The position numbers and the translations under genes are program-made. Shown here piece by piece: positions 8,900 through 18,678 of a DNA stretch of 64,000 bases. Under the pieces are notes generated by a model, which worked only from the letters and a program-made list of their open reading frames with translations, was not told where the DNA came from and searched no databases. This DNA comes from a virus: positions 96,001 to 160,000 of IMG/VR virus record IMGVR_UViG_3300028783_000001. One strand, written 5' to 3'. The first letter of the stretch is position 1; every line of letters begins with the position of its first letter.

Positions 8900-10783
8900 T
8901 CACGCCTTAATGCTGCCACCTAGTGCGGCAAATTCGGCTTCCATTTTGGACCAGTTGAGACCATAAGTTTCCTCAGCTAGTCCGCTGGCAATGGCGTCTT
9001 TTGAGATGCACGTCCACAGCTCTCCACCTACGGAGTTTGCACAATACTCCTCGACGGCTGCCCACGTGATGGTGCCAATAATGCCCCACGTGTCGATGAT
9101 GATTCCGACGTCGTTGTATCCGAGCCCTACGAAGCAGTTATGAACAAATACTCCTGCTGATAAAGCGAAGTTGTGATGTCCTATTACAGTCATATCATAA
9201 ACATCTTGCTTACCTGCTGGTACTACTGATAAAACTTTATGGTTTCGATATTCTTTGGCCGCTCGTGCTAATTTAATGTTATTTCGTCTAGCTTTTCGTT
9301 GCTCTTCTGTTACAGGTAGTTTTGCAGCAGCTATTGATCCTTTTTTAGCGTTTGCTACTAGAGTTGCACGATATTCTGGATCAGAGTCAATCTTGCGTCT
9401 TAACCCATCTGCAGCTTTGTATTTATTCGCTTCTATAAAAGCTGGGTCCTTACATAGTTTGGCCAACTTCTTACCATTTTTTCGCTGCATCTTTTTCAAC
9501 TTGTCAGGATCCATTCCTGGGAAGCCACCACCATTTTCAATATTCCTCTTACCACGTGCGCTAGCGGTGGACCTCAGCCGGGCGGTTTGTACCGCGCGCC
9601 ACTCTGGATCAGCCCATAGATTCTTCATCAATTCGCTGCTCTTTTTTCTGCCTTTGTCGCTTTTGGCGTAAGACTTGAGAACTCCAGCTGTCTGCTGATG
9701 TAAAATAGAGTGCTCCTCACGAGACATGATTACTAGATTGCTGGGATCATTGTTGTTCTTGTCAAAATCCCAGTGGTGGATGTCCATACCCTTCGGAGGA
9801 TTATAGACTTTCTTGGCCACTCTAATGTAGGTCTTACCCCACTTACCGTTTGCCGGATTGTAGAACCTTTCATAACCTCTCTCATTGTACTCGCGATACA
9901 GCGGCATCAGACTAGTACCTGGTGTCATCTCAGAGGCTTTGATATAAGTCTTGTCGCGTAGCATGAACAAGTGATCTGGTGTACATTTAATCACCTCACC
10001 ATTGTCTAGCGTTACCTTTACGATATCAGCACGACTGCGCGTCTTTCTTACACTATGTGCTAGACCAGGTACCACGTTGCCTTTGTCGTCACAGCTATAT
10101 ACCCAGAATTTGTCACCATATTTTCCTGTTGCGAGTTCTTTGAACGACACCTCATTACCATTCAGTAGCGAGACCTTCGTATCTGATGTAAAACAGTGAC
10201 CGTTATTTTCGTCTGCATTGCCGGCTACGTCCCACGTAAACCCATCAGCTTCTGGGAATGGCTTGATCCACTCGTCTGGCATCTCAACACCAAAATAGAC
10301 GTTGCCGAATAGAGCGATTGCCTGCTTAATCTCCACGATATTTCTAGAGTTTACAGCCATAAACCCGGCGATCTTATGCGACGCATCCGCGAGCAAGCCA
10401 TTATTCTTCCAGAAGTTTAATACCTCCTGCTCATCCCCACCCTGATCGGTACTAGCGTCGCCAGGAACATAGCCAGTCGATGCAGAGTAGAATGGTATGT
10501 ACTGGGCGTCGGTCCAGAGGATTGTTCCGCCCGCATTCATGATCAGTGATCCAGCTATGTGAAATGCGCCGGCGGTGGTACAATCACTCAAAACGTCGTT
10601 GCCCAGCACCTGTGCGAGCATTGTCTTGCAACACTTCGTATAGTCTACAGCGGCCGGTGGTGGTGGCAAAATTTCAGCAGGCTCAGATAGGAAGTTGTAT
10701 AGGTGAAGGCGAGGCTTCTTGACCAATGGGCGAACGCGACCCATCTTGAAAGTTTGTCCTGTGGAATTTGTGATGATCTTCAT
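8900..10783 (-). CDS. Papain-like cysteine peptidase containing an intein (about 274 aa after splicing)
   Basis: GND..SDCTTAG (catalytic Cys); spliced GH|CFVGLGYND..IIIDTWG matches the catalytic His and downstream strand of papain-fold proteases. Confidence 0.75.
   Translation of the reverse strand: MKIITNSTGQTFKMGRVRPLVKKPRLHLYNFLSEPAEILPPPPAAVDYTKCCKTMLAQVLGNDVLSDCTTAGAFHIAGSLIMNAGGTILWTDAQYIPFYSASTGYVPGDASTDQGGDEQEVLNFWKNNGLLADASHKIAGFMAVNSRNIVEIKQAIALFGNVYFGVEMPDEWIKPFPEADGFTWDVAGNADENNGHCFTSDTKVSLLNGNEVSFKELATGKYGDKFWVYSCDDKGNVVPGLAHSVRKTRSRADIVKVTLDNGEVIKCTPDHLFMLRDKTYIKASEMTPGTSLMPLYREYNERGYERFYNPANGKWGKTYIRVAKKVYNPPKGMDIHHWDFDKNNNDPSNLVIMSREEHSILHQQTAGVLKSYAKSDKGRKKSSELMKNLWADPEWRAVQTARLRSTASARGKRNIENGGGFPGMDPDKLKKMQRKNGKKLAKLCKDPAFIEANKYKAADGLRRKIDSDPEYRATLVANAKKGSIAAAKLPVTEEQRKARRNNIKLARAAKEYRNHKVLSVVPAGKQDVYDMTVIGHHNFALSAGVFVHNCFVGLGYNDVGIIIDTWGIIGTITWAAVEEYCANSVGGELWTCISKDAIASGLAEETYGLNWSKMEAEFAALGGSIKA
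9137..10195 (-). mobile_element. Intein (353 aa) with HNH homing endonuclease
   Basis: Block A CFTSDTKVSLLNG; block B CTPDHLF; block F DVYDMTV..HHNF; terminal VHN followed by +1 Cys; HNH motif DIHHWDFDKNNNDPSNL..MSREEHSILH. Confidence 0.95.
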
Positions 10784-10793
10784 GGTGTGCTCC

Positions 10794-12314
10794 TTAGCTA
10801 CGTGGATTTGATGGGGAGATTATAGGTTGACCAACTATTACATCCAGCGACGCGGCGCTACTCTTCCTCGTAGTGTAGGCGGCGGTAATTGGGCATGAAT
10901 CTAGCACGAAGTATTGCGTGGGCGCGAGGGTGATTGCATCAGCGGGGCAGCTAACCGTATCGAGCAGCGGTCCCGTTTCATTTGGCGCTGCCTGGTAGGT
11001 GCATGCCTCCATCACAGCGACGATTATATCCGAGTATGCATAGCTACCGCCTAGCGACCCAGCCTGTACCGCGAAGAATGCCGTTACCGCTGCCTGCGTC
11101 AGACTGGTTACCGAGTTTAGGTCGGCAATGGACAGCGCAGCAATGGAGACCGGCAGGGTTATGTGCACCGGCGTCGGATCGAGCCTGACGAGCCAGAACC
11201 CAGCGCACGTGCGTTCCGACTCCATGAAGTTTTTGAAGTTTAGCCACTGCAAGGGAGACCACGGCGTAGTCGTTATCAGCGTAACGGTGAGCACGTTCAT
11301 CCACCGCAGATCGCTCGGGTTAATCTCTGCCTGTCCCTGAAACAGAGCGTCGACCACGCCGGGATACTGAAGGGCCTCGGCACGACAGTCATCGCGCGTC
11401 ACCGCACGCTGGTTGTTGGCTGCACCTCCTGGACCGATGGCCTTATAAAATGATGGCGGCGGAGCATCTTGGTTTGCCGTGGGAAATGATGAACTCGTTA
11501 CCGTCGCCACGACGGCATAGCCAGCTGCAGTGGCGGTGGAACCGACTGGGGGTGGCGTAGACGTCTTCTGCGCTGTATCAAGAACCGTATAACCAAACGT
11601 GAGCGTCCCTGCGGCTGGGAGCCCAGCATAGTTGCCGTCACCAAACTTACACTCCACTCGTCCGTCTGGAATTGTACTGGCAAAGAAGGTAGTGGATCCA
11701 GACGGCTCGCGCCAGAGCCCTGTAGTTATTGGGGTCCACGTTACTCCGCTGGAGTCGACCATCCACAAATCGTCGTTGCTTATGTTCCACAATCCAGATG
11801 ATCCGAGGATGAACGACTGGAATGCGGAGCCATCGCTAGTATGCGTCTCGGTGGTAACAAGCCCACGATTTAGCGTTGTGGATACCGCCGCGCCTGATGC
11901 CGATAGGGTAAACGCCACACGGTTTACAAATGGCTGACCGTTGATGTTCCACTGAGTGTAGGCGGGAATGGCGAGCGAATTTAGCGACGAGTCGGTTCGC
12001 GTTACCGATAGCTGAATCTGACCAGCCCGCGCGCGAATTGGGTTGATTCCCTGTAACCGTGCTGCACGAAGGATTGCACTGGGCGACCTCGCCGTGTCTG
12101 GGTAGTTTTCCTGCAGTGAACGTGCCAGCGCACCCTGGTTCATGGAACCTACGCTGGCAATCCATCGTATGATTGCTGACCCGGTTCCTGCGGGAGCGAG
12201 GTTCGTCCAGCTACCAGACGGTGCAGCGATTAGATCAGACTCTAATGCGGCTTGAATGCCGTAGTAGTCGGTTACGATTGGACTCAAGACTAGTGGTGGA
12301 GGTGTGCTTGCCAT
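10794..12314 (-). CDS. Baseplate J / T4 gp6-like wedge protein
   Basis: DTARSPSAILRAARLQG, CKFGDGNYAGLP, NQRAVTRDD...YPGV motifs. Confidence 0.85.
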   Translation of the reverse strand: MASTPPPLVLSPIVTDYYGIQAALESDLIAAPSGSWTNLAPAGTGSAIIRWIASVGSMNQGALARSLQENYPDTARSPSAILRAARLQGINPIRARAGQIQLSVTRTDSSLNSLAIPAYTQWNINGQPFVNRVAFTLSASGAAVSTTLNRGLVTTETHTSDGSAFQSFILGSSGLWNISNDDLWMVDSSGVTWTPITTGLWREPSGSTTFFASTIPDGRVECKFGDGNYAGLPAAGTLTFGYTVLDTAQKTSTPPPVGSTATAAGYAVVATVTSSSFPTANQDAPPPSFYKAIGPGGAANNQRAVTRDDCRAEALQYPGVVDALFQGQAEINPSDLRWMNVLTVTLITTTPWSPLQWLNFKNFMESERTCAGFWLVRLDPTPVHITLPVSIAALSIADLNSVTSLTQAAVTAFFAVQAGSLGGSYAYSDIIVAVMEACTYQAAPNETGPLLDTVSCPADAITLAPTQYFVLDSCPITAAYTTRKSSAASLDVIVGQPIISPSNPRS

Positions 12315-12326
12315 GTGAGATACCTC

Positions 12327-12731
12327 TTATGAAAAATTGATCTCCACGGGAATCACGCGCCCGTTGATTATCACGCCAACAGAGATGCCTATTATGCGGT
12401 TAGCTGATGACACGAACACGTGGGAGTTTGGAAGAGACATCTGGAACTGTGGTATGTTGGCCTTAAACGCGTTGAACACGTCTAGGAGACATAGCTGCTC
12501 GACGGCCTCAGTGAATAGCGAAAATACATACTTCTGCAGGTTCGATCCATAGGTGGGGTTTCCAGGCTCATCCCCAATAAACGTTGTCAAAACATTATAG
12601 ACGTCACCGATGATAACCGCCTCAGCCTCTGATATGATTATGTCCGACGATCCAAACGAGTAGCTGTAGTTGATGTCGGTAAGTCGATTTAGTGACGGGA
12701 TTAGAGGTAGTGCGCCGAGGTCAGCTGCCAT
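12327..12731 (-). CDS. Baseplate wedge subunit, gp25/gpW-like
   Basis: NVLTTFIGDEPGNPTYGSNLQKYVF motif, 134 aa, adjacent to gp6-like gene. Confidence 0.85.
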   Translation of the reverse strand: MAADLGALPLIPSLNRLTDINYSYSFGSSDIIISEAEAVIIGDVYNVLTTFIGDEPGNPTYGSNLQKYVFSLFTEAVEQLCLLDVFNAFKANIPQFQMSLPNSHVFVSSANRIIGISVGVIINGRVIPVEINFS

Positions 12732-12750
12732 GATAATCTCCTACGTTTTG

Positions 12751-13950
12751 TTATCCTGAAGATCCACCACTAGAGCCGCCACTTGCCCCACTACCGGAAC
12801 CGCTGGATCCATCCTCAGTCTCTGGTGGATCTTTCGCCTGAGATAGCGTTGGACGAGTCCCCTGCTCAGGTGCCTTCTGCGACTTGAAATCGGCTGATGC
12901 CTTGCTAGGCTGTCCACCACCACCGAGCACTATCGCAACGCTGGATGTAATATTTGGCGCGGCAATCTTGACGGCTGATCCGCCGATAAGGTTCAGCGTT
13001 CCCTTCGCTGATACCGTCACATCTGAACCGCCGACGACACTTAGCTTGTCCTTGCTCTGCACCGTCATTGCACCACCCGACGCGACGTTGGCCTTACCTT
13101 TGGCAACTACTGATAGATCACCACCAACACTTGCAGTGAAGTTGCCGTCGACGTAGAGCGTATGGTCACCAAACACAACCATGGTGAAGCCCTTTGGCCA
13201 CTTAGACTTTGCGTCCTGACTACCCTGCGTCTTGGTTCCACCGTTAACGAGGAAGTAGACGTTGCCTTCGCCGTCAATCTGGTATGTGCCGCGCCCGCAG
13301 TGAGTGCGCTCTATACAGTCAGTCTTGTTGTCGACGCCCCAGAAGTTTCCAGATGGATCGACCTTACCCCACGCCTGCGGATACGACTTCTCATATGCTC
13401 CACCGCTACTGCCAGTTTTGCATGAGCTACCAAAGGCCCAACCAGGAAGCTGCTGGTTGCTACCAGACCCCGAACTTGAGCTGGAACTAGAGGAATCGCT
13501 ACTGGAAGATCCTGATGTAGAGGAGCTACCTGAGCCTGATCCACCACCAGAACTCGTCATATCTCCGCTGCTCGTATTCTTACTGTCCCACTTGGTAAAG
13601 TCGGGCATCTTGGTATTTTGGTTTTGCACACCACCAATATAGCGTCCGTGGTATCGTGAGTCATCCTCGAAGTGAACCCATACCTTGGTGCCTACTGGAG
13701 GGATAGCGCCGTGGAAGCCGACATTGTTGGTGCCGCCGTACTGCGGTAAGTTTCCCGGTTCATACCAGGGGAGGTCATTATCGCTCTCTATATCATCATC
13801 CAGGTCAGGGATGCGAACCTTGATGCGCTGCTGCTCCTGATTGACCTTTTCCTGATCCTGCGAGTCGTCATTGTTGACTACGAATCCCTGTAGACGCGTG
13901 CCGGCGAGGTTACGACCGGAGAGTAGACGTGTTGGGTTTGCGAAGCTCAT
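12751..13950 (-). CDS. Baseplate central spike, gp5/gpV-like
   Basis: OB-fold motif GFVVNNDD...RIKVRIPDL..LPW..PPVGTKVWVHFEDD; C-terminal beta-helix repeats. Confidence 0.85.
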   Translation of the reverse strand: MSFANPTRLLSGRNLAGTRLQGFVVNNDDSQDQEKVNQEQQRIKVRIPDLDDDIESDNDLPWYEPGNLPQYGGTNNVGFHGAIPPVGTKVWVHFEDDSRYHGRYIGGVQNQNTKMPDFTKWDSKNTSSGDMTSSGGGSGSGSSSTSGSSSSDSSSSSSSSGSGSNQQLPGWAFGSSCKTGSSGGAYEKSYPQAWGKVDPSGNFWGVDNKTDCIERTHCGRGTYQIDGEGNVYFLVNGGTKTQGSQDAKSKWPKGFTMVVFGDHTLYVDGNFTASVGGDLSVVAKGKANVASGGAMTVQSKDKLSVVGGSDVTVSAKGTLNLIGGSAVKIAAPNITSSVAIVLGGGGQPSKASADFKSQKAPEQGTRPTLSQAKDPPETEDGSSGSGSGASGGSSGGSSG

Positions 13951-13951
13951 T

Positions 13952-15085
13952 CTATGCTCCCGTAAACTGAGCGTTTATGCCCTGGCTGATTAGCACAAAC
14001 TTCTCCCGATAGCTGCCCTTAGACATGTGCCTCGATATTGAGCTGACCTTATACATACCGCTATAGGCGGTGTTAATCGTTCCATCGCTCTGCGCAAGAG
14101 TTACCTTCACGTCATCCAACAACTTGTAAGTCGTTTGCTGACCCGTCATAGCATGTACCGTGGTCGTAAACGCCGCCTGCGCCTTGAGGTTGTTGTGAGC
14201 GGCCTGCGCGTAGTTTGCGTGCGTATTACCCACGTTTGGCGGATGATAGAGCGAGCGGACTAGACCTACGGCCGAAGATGCAGCTGAGCTAATTCCGATA
14301 TTGGATGTCTGGGATGTAATGTTCATTCCGAGAAATCTGTTGAGCGTCCCGTCTAGCTGTTCCTGCATTACCTTGTAGCCGTAGTTGACCCACGTGTTGA
14401 AGAACATCGCATCGGAGTGAGCACGATAGTCGTAGATTAGTATGTCACCTGTCGCAGCGAATGGTAGCGAGGCCATCGGTGTTCCACTACTTCCCTGCTT
14501 TAGAATATCCTTCATGCGCAGCTGCCACTGGCCATTTTGACTAGTGACAGCTAGCATTGGAGAGGCCCCTGAACCCATCCATGAGTGGTCTTGAAGGTCG
14601 CGCGCGAACTGATGCAGCGTCTTGCTGTTTGGCAACCACGTCATCTTATCCTGGGTTGCGTCGATGTCAGTAAGATTGATTCCACCGGCCTGGGCTAGCT
14701 GAGGCAGCACGTCGGATACGTTGCCGATAAAACGCTTGGTGTTAATCTTGGAGATCCACGGAAGCACGTCTGCCACGCCCGATATGGTAGCTGTCTCTCC
14801 AGCGACGTTTGCGGCGGAGTCTGCAAGCGACCACTGTAGGAAGTTGTAGGTCACGGGGGCGTTATGACCATCGCCCATGATCACCTGTATCTTCGAGCCG
14901 TCGGTAAACGCCCCAGCGGCGACCGCCTTGCGTCGCGCGTCTAAAAACGTCATTGATACGGTTGGCGCGGCGGACGTGGTATTGTCGATGATCGTGCACG
15001 ACTTTAGACCGTCTGATCCCAGCAACATATCCATGCCATTGATGAGCAGTCCAAATTCCCCCGTGTCGACGTTGCGAAAAGTCAT
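13952..15085 (-). CDS. Baseplate hub protein (gp27/gpD-like)
   Basis: Size and position between spike and gp53-like gene; C-terminal YSGMYKVSSISRH motif. Confidence 0.7.
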   Translation of the reverse strand: MTFRNVDTGEFGLLINGMDMLLGSDGLKSCTIIDNTTSAAPTVSMTFLDARRKAVAAGAFTDGSKIQVIMGDGHNAPVTYNFLQWSLADSAANVAGETATISGVADVLPWISKINTKRFIGNVSDVLPQLAQAGGINLTDIDATQDKMTWLPNSKTLHQFARDLQDHSWMGSGASPMLAVTSQNGQWQLRMKDILKQGSSGTPMASLPFAATGDILIYDYRAHSDAMFFNTWVNYGYKVMQEQLDGTLNRFLGMNITSQTSNIGISSAASSAVGLVRSLYHPPNVGNTHANYAQAAHNNLKAQAAFTTTVHAMTGQQTTYKLLDDVKVTLAQSDGTINTAYSGMYKVSSISRHMSKGSYREKFVLISQGINAQFTGA

Positions 15086-15095
15086 TTGTAGCGCC

Positions 15096-15500
15096 TCATA
15101 TCGTGATCACGGTACCGATCTGAACACCGGCGGGCGGAACCAGCGTCTTCAGATAGGCATCGATTGCGGTCTTCTGCGGTAGGCGCAAAAACATCCCTGG
15201 ACGTAGCTGCATCGGCGACGATAGCCCGTTGTAGGCAAGCAGGATCAGCCACATGTTCTGCACCCCATAGTGGGTGTAGCAAAACGTCGTAATCTTTCCG
15301 CCGCGCCACACCACAGGAGTCCATGAGGTGAGGCTCTGCAGCAGGTCGAGGAAGCGCTGGTCCAACGCGTCTACTAGCCAGTTGGTGGTTCCGGGGCGAA
15401 TCAGTTCATCCATTGGGGTTGTCGCATCTACAGTCGCGACTATCGACGATAGCTCGTAGGTGGGATCATAGCCCGGTGGAAGGGGAGTCTTATATGCCAT
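15096..15500 (-). CDS. Baseplate wedge gp53-like (LysM-related) protein
   Basis: YTHYG..NMWLILLAYNGLSSPMQLRPGMFLRLP. Confidence 0.8.
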   Translation of the reverse strand: MAYKTPLPPGYDPTYELSSIVATVDATTPMDELIRPGTTNWLVDALDQRFLDLLQSLTSWTPVVWRGGKITTFCYTHYGVQNMWLILLAYNGLSSPMQLRPGMFLRLPQKTAIDAYLKTLVPPAGVQIGTVITI

Positions 15501-15512
15501 CGTGAGCCTCCC

Positions 15513-16202
15513 TTACGTTGCGCCAGCTGACGGCTGAACACCAGCCGCTAGCTTGAAGTAGGATAGAATTTCTGTTTGGTCAGGGATCGTATAGCTCATC
15601 AGTCCGACGTTTACGTTTGCCGCAACAGGATAACCACTCGTCTCAAACCTATTCTCAAACTCCCAGTCAAGCGTCGTCGGCACTAGACCGGTGATTATCA
15701 TTAGCTTTCCTACCGCTATGGTAATCATACCGCGAGCACTGTTTCCAGAGTTCCAGTATTCTAGCGGAGTAGGTCCTGGAGGCATCATGAATAGCGATCC
15801 GATAATGCTGGTGCCGATACTGTCACCAGTTCCCCGCATCGGTGAGTACATCTGTATCAAATTCTCTACTGGTGCTAGGACGTCGTTGGCCGGATTGTCC
15901 CATGCATCGAATCGCAGGCTCAAGTTTATGTCCAGCCCATTTGATCCACGCCACACGTGCGACGTGAGGAAGTTTGGTAGGAAGTTGTTACCTGAGAATA
16001 TCTGGCCTAAGTTGGCGGCGTTTGCGAGTGCGGAACCAACGACTCCACTATCACCTGATATTCCAATGGCCTCTAGGATGTTGACCCAGCGGTTGTCAAT
16101 CTTCAGCGTCAGCTTCGCCTGCGCGTTTGCCTGAACTGTGAGCCCAGATCCATTCTGCTGGATAGTGATTAAATATGAAGCATTCTGTCCTAATGCGGCC
16201 AT
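15513..16202 (-). CDS. Tube initiator / baseplate-tube junction protein (gp48/gp54-like)
   Basis: Tube-fold pattern (VWRGS..INLSLRF...ITIAVG..GYPVAANVNV) and synteny. Confidence 0.65.
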   Translation of the reverse strand: MAALGQNASYLITIQQNGSGLTVQANAQAKLTLKIDNRWVNILEAIGISGDSGVVGSALANAANLGQIFSGNNFLPNFLTSHVWRGSNGLDINLSLRFDAWDNPANDVLAPVENLIQMYSPMRGTGDSIGTSIIGSLFMMPPGPTPLEYWNSGNSARGMITIAVGKLMIITGLVPTTLDWEFENRFETSGYPVAANVNVGLMSYTIPDQTEILSYFKLAAGVQPSAGAT

Positions 16203-16220
16203 GTGATGAGTATCCTGTTA

Positions 16221-18668
16221 TCATCTCTCAAACTGAGAGCCCATGCAGATAAGGCCAGCGGTGTTGCCGTTATTACGGTTGTTGCTATTCACGAAGAAAT
16301 CTGATGATCCCTGACCACTACCACCGTCATTGCTTGGGAACGCGGACCCACCACCATCATTCCCATTACCCTGGCTCGGAGAGCCACTAGGGGTAGTTGC
16401 AGGCAGCGGCCGGTCGGCAGCCACGACCGGAGGTTCTGATACGGCCTGCGCGCTAGCACCATCGCTCTGCTGTATCGGCTGGGGCGACGTAAGTGGTTGG
16501 GCGGCAGGTGATGTGGTAGCTGTTGGGATTGCTGGGAAGTTGCGCTCATCAGCACGCATGTCAATACTGCCGTGACTAGGCTGGGTCCCCATTTGCTTGT
16601 GCATAAAAGGATAGTTCTCGGTGGAAACCGATCCTGGAGTTGCTCCTTTCGCATTTGGACTAGAGTAGACACCGGCAGTGGTTGGTGCGGGCTGTTGTCC
16701 TATTGGGGTAGTGAAGATGTTGGTATTGGAGTATCCTGGACGCTGAGCACTACCAGAAGATCCCTGTATGTTTCGAACATAACCACCGACCGTGCTTGTC
16801 GCCGCCGCGTCGTTTGCACGAACGGCCTTGGGATTGTCGGCTGGTGGCTTCGGCGAGCGCGAAGAAAACTCAACGCTCTTACCGCTACCAATTGCTGGAT
16901 CGGGCTTTGCACCATACGACGTGATAGGTGGGGATATAAACGGCATTGCTGAATTTGATGCAACTGCCGACCCTGATGGGGCAGCTGGTGTAGGAGCCGA
17001 AGGTGTGGGTGGTATAGTAACAGGTGTGATGGTTGTAGTTGGGCTCGCCCTACTCGCCGTCGCCTGCTCAGCCTTCATCTCTTTGAAGCCCTTGCGAGCC
17101 TCTGGCATGTATTCGGGATTGTCCTTGAGACCTTCCCAGCGACCGAGCTTCGGTCCAGTAGTTGCAGCTTTGGCTCCTAGAGCATCCTGCGTAGCCTTAT
17201 CCATCTTCGTCTTGTCTGGATCCATACCAAGTTTTTGTGCCATCTCTGCAGTAGTCGTACCAGTCATCTGATAACGACCAGTAGCTGAAGACGTTTTGTT
17301 CCACGAAACGTGCCCACCCTGCTTGTTGGAAGCCATTGCTTGGGCCTTACGGCGCTCTACACCGTCAGCGATAGCCTCATTAATCGTCATCTGCGTTATT
17401 GGTGTATCCGACTTTCCATACTTTCCATTGCCAAATACAGAGTCGTACTCGTGGCCACCACCTCCAGCAGCGGTTCCCTCCGACTTGGATATAGCATCTA
17501 ACATGCGAGCGCTACCGTGCGGAGTCTCAGAGCCAGAGGCACCATGGGGAACGACAGTTCCTGATTTCGGTGGAACGAATACCGCTGGACCACTAGAGTT
17601 TATGCCCTGTGCTGAACTACTGCCAGCTGGCTTAAACTTTTCGCCGCCACGCTCGTTTACGACGTAGGGTTGGCCCTTGTTAACAGGACCTCCACCAGCA
17701 CGCGCCGGCATCGAGCCAGGTGTGGTTCCAACCACACCTGTGGCTGGGGTTGTGGGTACTGGTTTTGCCGCTGGTGTAGAAGACGGTTCAGCAGAACCAG
17801 TGGTTGCAGTTGGTGTGGCGACGGAATCATACCCGATACCAAACAGCGTCCACAACCAGTCCTTAATTGCACGCTTAGCACTCTCCCAGAAGGAGCATAC
17901 GGCATCCCTGACGCCATCAATTATGCTGGCCTTAATCTTGGAGTCGTCTGGCTTGATGTCCATGTCGGAGGACGACGGCTTAGAGTCCGACTCAAACTTC
18001 GCGGCTTGGGTAATCTCCCACTTGCCCTCTGCTTCAGCAATACCAGCGATTAGTCCGTATCCAGATTTTATGAGGCTCCACCCAGTCTTGGCAGCACCCT
18101 TGACAAAGCTTGTTACGGAATCGACGGTTACGTGAGATAATGCATCAGCTACGAGGTCATACCCATACTTGACCAGCTTCCAGGTTACTGATGCGATGCC
18201 CTCAAGCAGCTCGGTTCCCTTATTCGCTGCCCAGTCAACAATCTCCTTGGTCCTCTCACCGCCGTCGCCCTCACCATGCTCTGGTCGCTGACCAGGAATC
18301 GCGCCGTTCTTGTGCTGGTTATTATGCTGGATTGCAGCTACAGCTAGTCCAATACCAGCGCCAATGAGCGCACCAACAATGTCGCCCTTGCCGTGTAGCT
18401 TAGATCCGACCTTAGCGCGCTTTACAGCTGCGGTCTTGACCTTCTTCTGCTTGGCGACTTTTGCAGTCTTTGCCGGCGCGGCGGCGCTGCCCTTTGCTAT
18501 CGCGGCAAACGCCTTATCGAGCCTGTCAAATAGCCGACTCGACTGCAAGCGCGTGTTCGACAGGCTCGTGGTATTGTCAACAGGGATTAGTAGCGCCTCC
18601 TTTGCAGAGGGCGCGGCATTGCCACCGCTGAGGATGTCTCGGAGAAGGCGTGTAAGCGATGCCTGCAT
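16221..18668 (-). CDS. Tape-measure-related tail protein with lambda-type lysozyme domain
   Basis: ARAGGGPV..GQPYVVNERGGE..VFVPPKSGTVVP tape-measure motif; MLDAISKSEGT...YDSVFGNG...SSATGRYQ muramidase motif; low-complexity linkers. Confidence 0.7.
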   Translation of the reverse strand: MQASLTRLLRDILSGGNAAPSAKEALLIPVDNTTSLSNTRLQSSRLFDRLDKAFAAIAKGSAAAPAKTAKVAKQKKVKTAAVKRAKVGSKLHGKGDIVGALIGAGIGLAVAAIQHNNQHKNGAIPGQRPEHGEGDGGERTKEIVDWAANKGTELLEGIASVTWKLVKYGYDLVADALSHVTVDSVTSFVKGAAKTGWSLIKSGYGLIAGIAEAEGKWEITQAAKFESDSKPSSSDMDIKPDDSKIKASIIDGVRDAVCSFWESAKRAIKDWLWTLFGIGYDSVATPTATTGSAEPSSTPAAKPVPTTPATGVVGTTPGSMPARAGGGPVNKGQPYVVNERGGEKFKPAGSSSAQGINSSGPAVFVPPKSGTVVPHGASGSETPHGSARMLDAISKSEGTAAGGGGHEYDSVFGNGKYGKSDTPITQMTINEAIADGVERRKAQAMASNKQGGHVSWNKTSSATGRYQMTGTTTAEMAQKLGMDPDKTKMDKATQDALGAKAATTGPKLGRWEGLKDNPEYMPEARKGFKEMKAEQATASRASPTTTITPVTIPPTPSAPTPAAPSGSAVASNSAMPFISPPITSYGAKPDPAIGSGKSVEFSSRSPKPPADNPKAVRANDAAATSTVGGYVRNIQGSSGSAQRPGYSNTNIFTTPIGQQPAPTTAGVYSSPNAKGATPGSVSTENYPFMHKQMGTQPSHGSIDMRADERNFPAIPTATTSPAAQPLTSPQPIQQSDGASAQAVSEPPVVAADRPLPATTPSGSPSQGNGNDGGGSAFPSNDGGSGQGSSDFFVNSNNRNNGNTAGLICMGSQFER

Positions 18669-18678
18669 CAGTTCCTCC

